This document shows, piece after piece, positions 24,201 to 38,200 of a DNA stretch of 64,000 nucleotides. Origin of the DNA: Octopus vulgaris (Eukaryota). The position numbers were made by a program, and so were the translations under genes. The notes under the pieces are model-generated. The model was not told the origin of the DNA, ran no database searches, and was given only the letters and a program-made list of their open reading frames with translations. Where the stretch lies: contig OX597827.1 in NCBI GenBank assembly GCA_951406725.2, positions 46,500,001-46,564,000 on the forward strand, written 5' to 3'. How positions within the stretch are numbered: position 1 is the stretch's first letter; every line of letters begins with the position of its first letter.

Positions 24201-27200
24201 ACACACGCACACAGAGCGAACTGTGTGTGAGTGTGTATGACGTGTTTCTGCAGAGATTCCATCTACCAAATTCCACCTCGCAAAGAGTATTGCTACAGTC
24301 CGAAGCTAGAAAAGAAAACATTTGCTCCCAGTGTTCTGTACAGTGGAAGCAAATACCGATCAAGTATAAATTACATGGAGATATTGTTTTAAAATACACC
24401 GCTTGCACCTAATATATATACTTATCCATTTGTATTTATAAACGGTATTCATTCATTTAGATCTGAAACTTTCGTCTGTTGCTAGCTACTCCGAGTTCTG
24501 TGTTTGTTTTCCTCAAACGGAAAAGATTTGTGCACCAGTGTGTAACCACGAAAGAAAATATATTTTGCTTAATTGGATTTTGTTTTTGCTCTCACGAAAT
24601 TGTTTGAACACTAATTTTTTGAATATGTCGTTGACTGTGTGGCTATCACCTATTTCTTGAAGAAAGGAATGTCTTTAATATGTCACTGTCTCCAGTTGGC
24701 AGTTTGCCCACGTCGTGTAGGTCAACAATCAAAGCTATTCCAGCCGTGACTTCAAATCTAGGACCACATTCTCTGGTGTGCTTTATTATATTTTAAATGC
24801 GGTGTGGTTTGAAGGTGATTTGACTGCTATTTTCTAGCGGGTTGAAATCTCACGTAGTAGCTGCCTCCTTAGTTTGTACAACTGCTGTGGTAATAATAAT
24901 CTGTGGATCGGGTTTCGAATTACCCTCAGTAATTTCCCCTGTAAATGTTTTTGAATCTACTGCTGTGTTGCTTGGAATATTACAAAATGCTTCGCTGTGT
25001 GAATTGTTAGTTTAATGAGTAGGTGTCAGATTAAAAAATAATCAATGAGACTAGTGCTGGTTTGTGTTGTCATAAAATGTATTTATCTATATAATAGTGT
25101 CAGCTCGTATGTTTTTAGGAGATGAATTACCGCCGTTTCTCCGTCCGTCACCCATGAGAGCGCAGGCGCTTCGTCCATTTCTTGAAGTTGTAGCGCACCT
25201 CAGCATTTTATGAGATATCGTTTATTGAAGGAAATTTAGCTGTTACATATGAGTAAGGTACCGTCGTGTTATCACCAGTAGGCAGTCACTAATAGAAACG
25301 ATTTATGGCGAAGTTCTGGCATTCTTTCTTAACAATTTTTTTTTAATATAAAAACAATAAACTAAAGTTCTTGGACACTCATGTGGAGGCATCCCAAAAA
25401 TATCTCTCCAGAATATAATCAATGAGTTTTTGGATTTGTTTTGCTAGATTCTTTATGTGAGTTCGTGTGTTGAAGCATATTTTGTTCTGGGGAGAGCCGT
25501 TCTCTTTTAGTGCCTTATTATTTAACTCGCTCACCGGTAAAGATTCCTCTAATTTATTATTATTTTTATTTAGATAAAGTAAATGAGTGGAAACTTTACC
25601 GGTGAATGTGTTAAATAATAATGCACTAAAAGAAAATGACTCTTCCCAGACAAAACAAAATAACTGATGAGGTTAACTCCTCGCCATGTTAAGCATTAAT
25701 CACCTGGAAGATACTGTTCGCACACTGGTGTTACAGGAATCACTATCTTTAGCCATTGGTTTGCATTTCACTATAAGCAAAATATGAAGAAGAATTAGGA
25801 TGGGTGGGGGTGGGTTTTGTTTAATTTCATTGTTCTGGCAGAATCGTTAGCACGCCAGTCAAAATATTTACCGATATTTCGTCTACCGCTGTGTTCCGAG
25901 TTCAAATTCCGCCGAGGTCGACTTTGCCTTTCATCCTTTCGGGGTCGATTAAATAAGTACCAGTTACGCACTGGGGTCGATATAATCGACTTAATCCGTT
26001 TGTCTGTCCTTGTTTGTCCCTTCTGCGTTTAGCACCTTGTGGGTAGTAAAGAAATAGGTATTTCGTCTGCCGCTGTGTTTTCCTAGTTCAAATTTTTCTC
26101 CTAGGTCGACTTCGCCTTTCATCCTTTCGGGGACGAGTAATCAACCAGTCCCCCCCACCCCACTAAATTTCAGGCTTTGTACCTATAATAGAAAAGATTA
26201 TTTATTTTATACACGACATCGTGGCTAAACCCCACTTCTTCTTTGTGTTCGGCCCTTGTGGCCAATAACAAAAACATTATTTTGTAGTTTAGTGTTTGTA
26301 TATGCTTGCATATAGGTGTAACCGTGTTGTATGTAAAAGCTACCTGTTGTAAGTCATAAACGAACACATTCATTCAATCTTGTTCACGCATTGATGACTC
26401 CGTTTTGCAGGATTTTTATATTATTTCGTCCTTAGTCACTACCACTTTCATATCATCCCGTGTCCTATTTTTTTCTTATTTTTTCAACCACTCCAGTCCA
26501 AGTTACCTTGGTTTCGATAAACCGTTTGAGTGTTGGTATATACGTTTGTTTCTGTATTTATTCATTTATCCCCCCATCTCTTCATATCGTTTACTTCTGC
26601 TTCCAGGTTACCACTTAGCTGCTCATCAGATCACTGTCTTAAAAATAATTGTTTCTGATTTTTATAATTATAGTTGTTTATGGTTGAAAATGATAATGGT
26701 GGGGAAATGACTTCGTCGGTACATATCTTAAAAATAAATGCACCTCATAAACACACGTTTGGATTACAGGGAGGTGCAAAAGTAGGTATACAGTTATGAT
26801 GAAAGAAACCACGCACAATACTAATTTTTATCGAAAAAATTAAAAGTTACGATAAAAGTATTATAGTTATATGTATTATTATGATTAATAATACTGGAAA
26901 TATTAAAAAAACAATGAGGCTAACTCATTTAATGTGCTAATAATTTTAATGAATTATTATAACATTAATGTGATTTGCTTCATCTGTATACAATTAAAAG
27001 GGTGCTTGAACCAATTGTTTATCAGATACCTCCACTTTGAACGAATATACGTTGTGTCTGTGCTTCTTAGCAATCTATTTATCATTGCATATGCAATTAT
27101 ATTCTGAGGAGGAAAAAAAGATGAAAGCAGCCATTAAATGTTATTGATAGAAGATAAGGCGCAGCAGCACATTAAGAACCACAATTCATCATTGCTACTG

Positions 27201-30200
27201 AAAAATATAGAGATCTAAGTAACTTGTAATATTTGAGAGGAAAATAGGGCAAGATGGCAGATTGATTAGAAGAATTAAGCAATCTTGTTGTTTGTCTTTA
27301 TTCCTATTCAATTCAGGCCTAGAATTACTGTCGATAGTGGTGGGAGTGTGATTTTTTTGGCATTTACCCTTCCTAAGTTGAAATTAGTACAGGTCAAAAA
27401 CCAAGATCAATTCATTTACATAAGATTTATATGGGTAATTTACTTCAATTGACAGCAGCTTTGCAAAAATTTTATAACCTTGTAAGAAATTATTAGAGGT
27501 AAAACAAATCTCTCGGATCGCTTTGACCGGCAGATTTTTAAAATAATTTCTTTGTAACTAAACACTTTTAAACTTCGTATACTGGTAGAATGTGTTTATA
27601 AAACATCTTTTTCTCTTGGCTTTCTTGAGAAAATTCTGTAGTTTGTAAGCTATTTGTTGTTGAATTTCTTGCATTTCGGCAATTTCAACCAATCAATGAC
27701 ATCTATTGAGGTGAATACAATCTCTCTGAATCTTTGGCAGACTACTTTGGATGTGTAGATATAGATGGTGATTCTGGTACTGTTAAAATAGTTGTCGTTT
27801 TAAAAGGGTGGGTATTTTATTTCTTTGTACTGGTAATTTGTTCTTCATGGTTGATTACACATGTGATTGTCCATTCAATGCTCAGACACATATACTCACA
27901 CACATATATATACATACATATGCATATACCCGCACATATGCCCATGTGTGCATATACACACAAACACATATATATATTATGTGGGTACTTTCATGCATTG
28001 TAAACTTGCTGACAGGCACCCTTATCTCTCTCTATATAAACGGCAGTTTGTCTGTCTGTGTGTCTGTCAGGTTGTACCCTCACCCTGACCACGGCTTTCA
28101 ACCGATTCTGATGAAACTTGACACACACATAGCTCAATGTCATAATTCAAAACTAATGCAGCGAAAATTTTGAAAAGTTCCCCCAGTTCTGAAAAGAATC
28201 GATAAATTCGACATGGGGTCGAGAATCTAAGCTTTTTATATGCAACACATTTTCTGTCGGGAGACAGCTAGGAACATCGTATACATAGAAGTATTTGAGT
28301 GAAGAGAAGACATTGCAACCTACACATGCGCCTTCGTTCCCTAGAGGGAAAGGACTAGATTGGGATTAGTCGTTGCCTACTAGGGGCTCTTAAGTACCCG
28401 TGCAACGCCGGGCTATGCTGCTAGTGTATACATATAGATACTGCTAATGATATTTTATGACATAATGGCCAGCTGGCAGAATCGTTAGCATGCCAGCTAT
28501 AATGCTTAGCAGCATTTTATCCTTTATGTCTTGAGTTCAAATGCCACCGAGGTCGACTTTACCTTTCATCCTTTCAGGCTCAGTAATAAAATGAATACTA
28601 GTTGAGCACTGGGGTCTGTGTAATAAACTGACACCCTCCTGCAAAAGTGCTGGCCTTGAGTACTATGACATTTCTATATCAGTTATTGCTAACAATCATT
28701 CTGCTTTCACAACAGACACTTTTTCTTTTTATCTATTTGTGGTATCTTCACTTCTGATAAATAGATTAGTAACGTTAATATAATAATACAATGATTTCTA
28801 ACATAGGCACAAGGTCACTTTTTTTTTCATTCTTTTTTGAATGGTATAACCAATTAAATTGAACCAGTATTTTGACTGATACTTTTATTTTTAATAACTT
28901 CCTTCCCTTCTCTGAAAGGAAGCATAAAGATAAAAATTAATAGTTATTCATACTTAAAAATTTAGCTATAGAATTTAGCATACTTTTCTCACAAAGCGTA
29001 AAACTGAAATAAACTATTGTTTGCTTTTATTTTTTTATATTTAACATTGGTACAAAAATACAAATATTTAGGGCAGGAATTGTAACCAATGAATTAACAT
29101 CAGTGTATTACTGGTACTTTATTTGGTGACTCTATGGCAAAGGGTCTCGACTAGGGTCCATACAACCCTTGGAGGTCCACATAAAATTTTGCTATTAAAA
29201 TTTATTTGTAATAAATTGGTTGTACTTTTACAATACACAAAATATTGAAAGAAAAAAAAATTTATACCGTTCCTAATAATATTTAATCATAAAAATATAA
29301 AGAAATTATTATTTCTAAATCTCTCAATGAGAGATTCAGTAACAGTACTCTAAAGTAAAGATTATTTGTCAACATAATGTGGCAGTCCCAGTTGGGACGA
29401 ATGTTACTGTTATTTAGCCTCAGGAAACATTGTCTCCGGCTGGCTGCCAAACAGTTTTTCTGTACTGATGAAGAGAAATAACCCAGAAACTGCGGTATGC
29501 AGATATTGCTTTGTGCTGAGTGGGGACATTAAACTCACTTCTTCGAAAATATAAGGACACAGTGTGTTGTATAGCTAGCTGGAGACAATGTTTCATGGGG
29601 CTAAATGACAGTAATATTTGTCCCAACTGGGATTGCCATATTATATTGGCAAATAATCTTCATAAAAATATAATGGTCTTTTAAACACTGAATGGCTAGG
29701 AGGGTCCACCCTGAGTAAAATAGAAATCAAATGGGGTCCATAGGCAAAAAATGGTTTAAAATCACTCTTAAAGTGTTAACAGCAAAGGCAAGTCAACACA
29801 CTTGCAACCAGCCCTTTGCATTCTTCTGCTCTGTGTATTCAACAATTAATTTTAAAACCTTTATTTTATGACAGCTAGAGTGTGGTCCAAAAAACCTGTG
29901 ATTGTTTATATTTAGAATCCTGTTCTAGGATAGGTGTGAGAGGCTGGATCTGGCCAATCTGAACATGAAATAGGTTGTTTAGCCATTTAGCATTCAGATT
30001 ACTTTCTCAAATGTAATGCTTATTTGTTCACATTGTTTTTGAATTAAACTTGTATTATCTCATAACTCCAATATTTCAATGATGATATTTTTAGAATGAT
30101 ATTTTAGGATCTTTGTGAGAGGCCAAATCTGGCCAATTTGAACATAAACCCAGTAGAATATTTTGGCCAGCGAGCCAAGGCGGCAAGCTGGCAGAAACAT

Positions 30201-32197
30201 TAGCATGCCAGGTGAAATGCTTAGCGGTATTTTGTCTGCCATTACGTTCTGAGTTCAAATTCCGCCGAGGTCAACTTTACCTTTCATCCTTTCGGGGTCA
30301 ATGAAATAAGTACCAGTTACGCACTGGGGTTGATATAATCAACTTAATCCGTTTGTCTGTCCTATCTGTGTTTAGCCCCTTGTGGGTAGTAAAGAAATAG
30401 GTATTTTGTCTGCCATTACGTTCTGAGTTCAAATTCCACCGAGGTCAACTTAGCCTTTCATCCTTTCAGGGTCGATAAATTAAGTACCAGTTACTTGTCT
30501 ATCCTTGTTTGTCCCCTTTATGTTTAGCCCCTTGTAGGTAGTAAAGAAATAAGAATATTTTGGCCGGATATGGCTGCTTTAAATGCTAAAGGATTAAATC
30601 TACAAAGTTACTCTGCCTTTTGGTGATTTTCATTTTTGCTTTACATTTATCTTAGACATCAAATCTGCTTTCCTATAAATGTGTATTACTTCCTGCATTT
30701 CAAAGCTTTTTTAACCCCTTTGATGCCAACCCACCTGGACTGCCTTAGCTCTAGGATACAAATATCCTGGTTTAAAGTGATCTAAAAATTAAAACCTTCT
30801 GTAAAAATTTTGTGTTCTGTTCCAAACACCAACTTCATAATGAGTTATTTTATGAAATTCTTCATTATTTTCACAATTAATTGTAACAAAGTGTATTCCA
30901 ACAGAGGTATGGTAATAAAGGGCTCAAGGACCATTGCCAAACTTCTCTTTTATGGTATTTATTGCATCATCAACATTATTTCATGTCTATTTTGTTCCCC
31001 TATGTGTAGAATAAAGTTAGTCTGCTCAGAAATATCCAATAAAATGTATGCATAAATAACCTTGTTGTAGTCAGTCTCATACTGGATGTGTATGAAGTTC
31101 TGCACATCATCATTTAATGTCCGTTTTCCATGCTGGCATGGGTTGGACGGTTTGACTAAGGTCTGGAAAGTCAGTGGCTGCACCAAACTCCAATCTGATC
31201 TGGCTATGTTTCTACAGCTCGATGCCTTCCTAATGCCAACCACTCCAAGAGTATAGTGGGTGCTTTTTACATCCCACCTGCACAGTAGCCAATCAAGTGG
31301 GCCTGGCACGGGAGCCTGTCAGAGGGCACTGGCATCAGCCATGTTCAGATGGCAGACCCCCACACACACATGCACACATACACACGCACACCATCAGTCT
31401 TGCAGTGAATAATTTTACACTTTTTACTGCAGCTTATGAACACACAACACTGCCCTTACACTCCCAGGGTTTCTTTAACCGCTAGAGTGAGAACTGTTAT
31501 ATATTGGAGAACTGCAGTGTGGTCCTGCGATGGGGGTAGAAGTTGAAACACTATATCTGTAATGAATCCGTTGACCATATCAGATCACTCAACAAACTAC
31601 CTTCGTGGCAAATGTGTTGGATTATTTCTGACTTTGGGCTGAGCAACATACACTGAACCTGTTTAATTCCCACCCTTGCTAATATTCCCATTTTTTTTTT
31701 TTCCAGTTGTCTTTTGCTATCTAATGACAACAACCACTGCCTTAACTCTGAGATCTTTGCTTCTTGAACTACCTACAAACTCTAATTGCAGATAGGCATG
31801 TATATAGTTGTTGGTGGTAACCACAGTTACATCTCTCCTGGCTCTCTTGTTGATGTAAATCGTCCATAATCTATATATGGAATTTTTAATTTGTTTTTTA
31901 CTTTAGATAGTTAAGTCCATAAGTCAGTGAAATGATAAGTTGTAACACTAGTGGATAAATGTCTGTAATCTGATAACAGTTCACTGCTAAGTAGGTTATA
32001 CTAATGTAGAGTTTATTGTCTTCTTCAGTGGAGCTAGTTATTGTGTGTGTATGTCTGTGTGTAAAAGTATGTGTGGTGTTATTTCATGTATTTTCTTGGT
32101 ATCAAGCTTCTTGTCTGTAAACATGGATGCCTGCAGCAGTCAGTGTATGAAGATGAATGTGTGTGTGTTTAAAGAGAGCAAGATGTGTGTATGAGTA

Positions 32198-32229
<32 letters not shown>

Positions 32230-35200
32230 GAGGCAACTGCTATCTCTGTGTGTTATCATTTACCTATGAACCCTCTCAATCCTTTTCAGTGTTGAATGAA
32301 AGGGAAAAACTAGGTTAATCTAGAAATGAGTTGAATTTTTAGTTTAGGTTTTAGTGATAGAAGTATTTTCATGAAATGGACTTTTTAATAGCATTGTAAA
32401 CTTCGGATCTTTTCGGGTTTGAACGGCAGTTTTTTCTAGCGGTGTCATATGAAATTGTCACCCATAATTATGACTCTAGTATCGATCTATTGCATTTCAA
32501 TCTATTTTAGAGTTAGGATTAGGGGTGGGGGAAGGGTATCTTTTTTTCTTCACAAATGTAAATAAACCCAATCTGTTTCTTAAACGAGGGACATATTCAT
32601 ACGGCACAGAATGTTGTTTACCTCAATGGACATCAGTGATTTGTTGAAATTGCAGGAATTTAAGAAAAAAACAACAAATATCTTACAAACTATAGAATTT
32701 TCTCAATAAAGCCAAGAGAAAAAGATGTTTTGTAAACATTCTACCAGTATACGAAGTTTAAAATTTTTTAGTTACCTAGAAATTATGTTAAAAACTGCCG
32801 TTCAAACCAAAAAGATCCTAAACTTCCAGCTAGTTGTATATCTTTGTAAAAGAATCAATACATTTTTGATGACTTTTTCCAGTCATTCTTCTTAAAATAT
32901 AAACCAGATTGGAAGGCGGCGAGCTAGCAGAAACGTTAGCATGCCAGGCGAAATGTTTAGTGGTATTTTGTCTGCGTTACGTTCTTAGTTCAAATTTCGC
33001 CGAGGTCGACTTTGCCTTTCATCCTTTTGGAGTCGATAAATTAAGTACCAGTGGCATATTAGGGTCGATCTAATTGACTGCTGCCCAACTCCCCCAAAAT
33101 TTTGGGCCTTGTGCCTAGAGTAGAAAAAAATGCAAACCAGGTTGGGTTATGGGAGCGCAGGGTGTTGGGGACTTGATAACTTACATGTAAGAATAAAAAA
33201 ATTTGCTGAGTGTAGGTATTCTAGTTAATTTAACCCTCTTGTTACCATGTATCTGCTAAGATACTGTGCATCTCTTGATTAATTTTAAAAATGATGAAAG
33301 GTGTTTAGAATGTAAATTGGCATAAAATTTTGATGGAAGGTTTTTGGTTTAAATTGCTTTAAAACATCTGCATCACAGAGCTACAGACAATTGTAGTTAG
33401 GTTGGTACCCAAAGGGTTAAAAGGTGCTGAACCATCAGTCAGTGGCATTGGATAGAAATTTTTGTGGTGTTTGTTCTGGCTTTCTACATTTTGCGTTCAA
33501 GTCCTAAGATCAACTTAACACTTTGTCCTTTTCAGGGTTCAATAAAGTACCAATCTAGAATATGGATTAACAGCATTGTTAGAACTTTGGCTATTGGTGT
33601 TTTGGGTTGGGGGTTTTTTTTTTTTTTTTTGATAAGAAATTTAATGAAAATACTTAACATTGATAAAGAGCAATAAAAATTGAGTTATGTAATATTCTTT
33701 TCTACTCTAAGCACAAGGCCCAAAATTTTTGGGGAGGTGGCCAGTCAATTAGATTGACCCTAGTAAGCAACTGGCACTTAATTTATTGACCCTGAAAGGA
33801 TAAGTCAACCTCAGCGGAATTTGAACTCTGAACATAAAGACAGACGAAATACTACTAAGCATTTAGCCTGGTGTACCAACGTTTCTGCCAGCTTACCACC
33901 TTTGAGTTCTATAATATTGATCTAGTCAGAAGATTTAATGTGAAATGAGTTTAGGGGCTACTTGGTATTGCATCAATGTTTGGCTGGAAATTAGTTTTTG
34001 CCTCAGATTACCATGCTTTTCCTGATTCAGTTTGCTAATAATTCAGTACCTTAAACACTCCCAATGATTTGAGGTGTATATCAGCCCCTTGGGTGACATA
34101 CACCCCCCAGGAGTCAATATTGACCACTCTACCAACTCTTACCTTAGGCACTAAAATTATTCTGCCAATCCACTACTCCAGGTACTCTCTCTCTTTTACT
34201 TGTTTCAGTCATTTGACTGTGGCCATGCCGGAGCACCGCCTTTAGTTGAGCAAATCGACCCCAGGACTTATTCTTTGTAAGCCTTGTACTTATTCTATCA
34301 GTCTCTTATGCTGAACTGCTTAGTTACGGGGACGTAAACACACCAGCATCGGTTGTCAAGTGATGTTGGGGGGACAAACACAGATACACACACACACATA
34401 TATACATATATACAACAGGCTTCTTTTCAGTTTCTGTCTACCAGATCCACTCACAAGGCTTTGGTCAGCCCAAGACTATAGTAGAAAACACTTGCCCAAG
34501 GTGCCACACAGTGGGACTGAACCAGGAATCATGTGGTTGGTAAGCAAGCTACTTACCACACAGCCATTCGTGCGCCTATTGGAGTTTTTTTTTTGTTTCT
34601 TTGTTTTGGGTTTTTTTTTTTGTGGGGGGGACCCTGAAGAAATGAAAGGCAGTGTTGATCTCAACAGGATTTGAACTCAAAATGTAAATGGATGCAATTT
34701 ACTGCAAGGTATTTAATTGGACAAAATACCTTATAGAATTTTCATCCTAACACTTTGTTTTGAGTTAAAATTCTGCTGGGATCGATTTTAGCCGGTTGTC
34801 CTTCCAGGATCAATAAGATAAAGTACAAATCAAGTGCTGGGTTCAATAGCATTGACCATTCCCTATTCTCACTGCCCTCAAAATTATTGACCTTACATAT
34901 CTAAATCAGAAATGATTCATATTCTTTTCTACTCTAGGCACAAGGCCCGAAATTTTGGGGGAGGTGGGGCCAGTTGATGAGGTCAACTCCAGTATGTGAC
35001 TGGTACTTAATTTATCGACCTTGAAAAGATGTAAGGCAAAGCCAACCTCAGCGGAAATTGAACTCAGAACATAAAGACAGACGAAATATCACTAAGCAAT
35101 TTGCCTGCCATGTTAAAACTTCTGCCAGCTCACCACCTTTTTAAGAATATTCATTTCTTTATTGCCCACACAGGGCTAAACATAGAGGGGACAAACAAGG

Positions 35201-38200
35201 ACAGACAAAAGGATTAAGTCAATTACATCGATCCCAGTGCATAACTGGTACTTATTTAATTGACCCTGAGAGGATGAAAGGCAAAAGTTAACCTCGGTGG
35301 AATTTGAACTCAGAATGAAATACCACTGGGCGTTTCACCTGGCATGCTAATAATTCTGCCAGCTCACTGCCTTAGAAATGATTCATATTAAAGTATTATG
35401 TGTGTTGAAAGCTAATCTCAATCAATTCTTGTTTGTTTCAGTTCCCAAAAATGTCGGGATCCCGCAGTGCTTCAATTCAGTCCGAACAAACTACTCTGGT
35501 ACTCGTCCCCACTTAATGATTGGTAATGACACTAAATTGATCTGTCAGGGTTTAACTGGAAAACAGGTAATATTTCATTTTACTTTTCACTTTTTTCAAA
35601 AATTCTTTGTTTTTTTTTTCTTCATTGTAATAGCTTTATTCACTTATGTACATATCATTGCAAATGTTGACAATACAAACCAACAAATAAAACTTTATTT
35701 ACATGAAGAGTCACGTCAAGGACACATTTGATTATTTAGTTCTTTGATGTAAGAATAAAAAATGGGATCATAGCAGCTAGAACACATTCTACGATAGGCC
35801 TGCAGAATCAGGGATGACCTAGTAGGTGGGGGTGAACAAATGACTGACAATACAAAGGGCATTCAGTTGTCAAGTTCACTCAATACCATGTTGGAAATGC
35901 AATTTAATACATAATCAATTTAAAGTGAATCGACAGTCTCTGAGTTCAAGGGTCAATTTTTCCAACCATCCTTTTTGGTCCGACAGAATTACTGTATGTT
36001 AACGTATATAAGGAACTCCCTAATTTTGGGGGCTTAAAATTTGGAAAAAGGGTTTTGCAAGGGATTATAATACTATCCATATATAAAAATCTCCCGTATT
36101 TTTTTAACCTAATTCTTGACAAAAAAGGGTTCCTTATACACATTAAAATACAGTGATTACCAATCAAGGGAAATGGTTTGCTGGAATTATCAGCACATCA
36201 AACAAGGTGCCTTTTGGTATTTGTTGCAGCTCTTTGATCTCTTAGTTTCTGAGTAGTAGGACTTAATCCATTCCTCGGTGTAACACCAACACTTGGTCCA
36301 TGGCTATCTTTAGAAGAGTTTACATTTTGTTGCATTTTGTCCAGTGTGCTAATGATTCTGCCAGTTCACTGCCTTGACCAAACTGAAGTTATATCTGGTT
36401 TAGCTGAGGTTGACTTTGCCTTTCATCCTCTTGGGCTCAGTAAAATTAGTACCAGTCAGAGACATGGAGCCTGATGTAATCAACTTACCCACTCTTCTGA
36501 AGTTGTTGGCCTTGTGGCGAAATTTGAAAATATCATCTGATTTAGGTAAAGTAAAATATGCCAGGTTTGTTATGCTCAGGTAAGAATCTTCTAGTTCAAT
36601 TAACAAGCAGTCACTTTTCTCTCTTTTTTCTGAGAAAACCCACAGGTAGCCAAGTTAATAGACAACCAATTGTGGTGTTTTATATCCATGACAAAGACAT
36701 GTCTGTCTGCCTAACCCGATTCCAAGCAGTGACTTGAATAATAATAATAATAATAATAACATTGAAAAATACTTTAGGAATGAGAACCCAGGTTCAAAAT
36801 TTCCCCAAGACACCTGATGAAAGCTAGAGGGTATATCAGCCGAAACATGTTTACAACAAACAAGATGAGGACAAATATCCGTCAAATGTAAATAACGTAC
36901 ATTATTGCATCCTAAATTAGCAAGGTGTGATTTCAGATTGATTAGTCATTGTTTTTAACAGGTCAATTAACTACATATAGGTTCTTTTGACTCTCCTTAC
37001 TTAGGAGGTTGTTAATCCCAGGTTACTCTCTCTTATTTGAGTAACAAGCTCATAATAAAAGGTAGCCCAATCTTTATTCAGACATAGTGTATCTAGACGT
37101 ACATTTTTTTCTTTTCTTTTTAAAGATAGTAAGGTGTAGTTTATAAAAGAACAAATTCCTTTCTTGGCTCCTTTTATGTAGGAAATAATCATAGGTTATA
37201 TTATTCACCATTATAAATAGTCTTTGCCATTTCATGGGCTCATAATTCTTTGATGGAGTTGTAGCAGGGTGGTAGAATTACTTTGCCCCAGCATAGCAGC
37301 ACACTGGTGCTGCATTCCTCTGCTCTTTAAAAGCTAATGGCGGAGGAATACACTTGACGACTTCTGCCCTGAGTAACGACGCTGGTTTTTCAAGAGCATT
37401 TATTCAGTCACTGTCTAAATGTCAGAATGTTAACACCTGGTTCCCTTTTGTTGCTGTTTTGCTTTATCCCATTCGGATGTAGACACTAAACTATCGACAA
37501 GCTTGTGGCCCGTCTAGCTCGACACACTATGAATCCTTAAGAGTTGCTGGCTGAGCTGTGGAATGGGGTACAACATAATTGGCCAGTCTGTCAGTGGTGT
37601 TCCTCCGCTCTTTAAAAGCTAGCGCTGGAGGAATGCAGCACCACTGTGCTGCTATGTTCGGGTGAAGTAATTCTGTCCAGCTACAGTGTCATAGAGGCAC
37701 TGTCTTGATATATATGTCTAAAGCAATTTTAAACCTGATCAAACCCATCCCCATCCAGATTTGGCCAGAGTTGATTCCTTTCGATAGGAGAGAAGGACGA
37801 AAAAAATAATAAAGAGGATTAACTCCAGTATAGAACTGCTGCTTTGCTTTTCATTCTTTCAATGTTGATAAATTCAGCATCAGTATGATTTGAACTCATA
37901 TTGGCAAGTACAGGAGACCAGAAAACCATAGACTTCACCATACTTACCAAAACAATTAAACCACATTATTGAGCATAATGTCTTTTCCTCAACACAGTTC
38001 TTAAATTTTTTGTGTTCACTACATATGTTAAAACTAACTTATCAATTATTTTCATGCAGATGGCGTTCCTAAGTTCCTTTTTATCTCAAATATAAATTTT
38101 TGTTACCTGTTGTCCTGTAACCTTATTTTTCTTGAACTGTAGGCCTACATGTTTTACTCCTCTTTTACAGGGTACGTTCCACAGTGAACAATGTATTAGT

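Larger units (their letters stand above)
29138..29767. mobile_element. hAT-like MITE hosting the PLE insertion; reverse copy at about 50875..51093
   Basis: Repeated ggtcca motifs and terminal ggggtccataggcaaaaaa.ggtt..aatcact. Confidence 0.55.

Noticed and set aside
25664-25690. CTGATGA matches at 25664, 28108, 39555, 39804 and 42968
   Set aside because: No stem II/GAAA/NUH geometry
26767-26796. TA-CAGGGAGGTGCAAAAGTAGGTATACAGTT, Tc1/mariner-like TIR
   Set aside because: No matching second TIR or transposase remnant found
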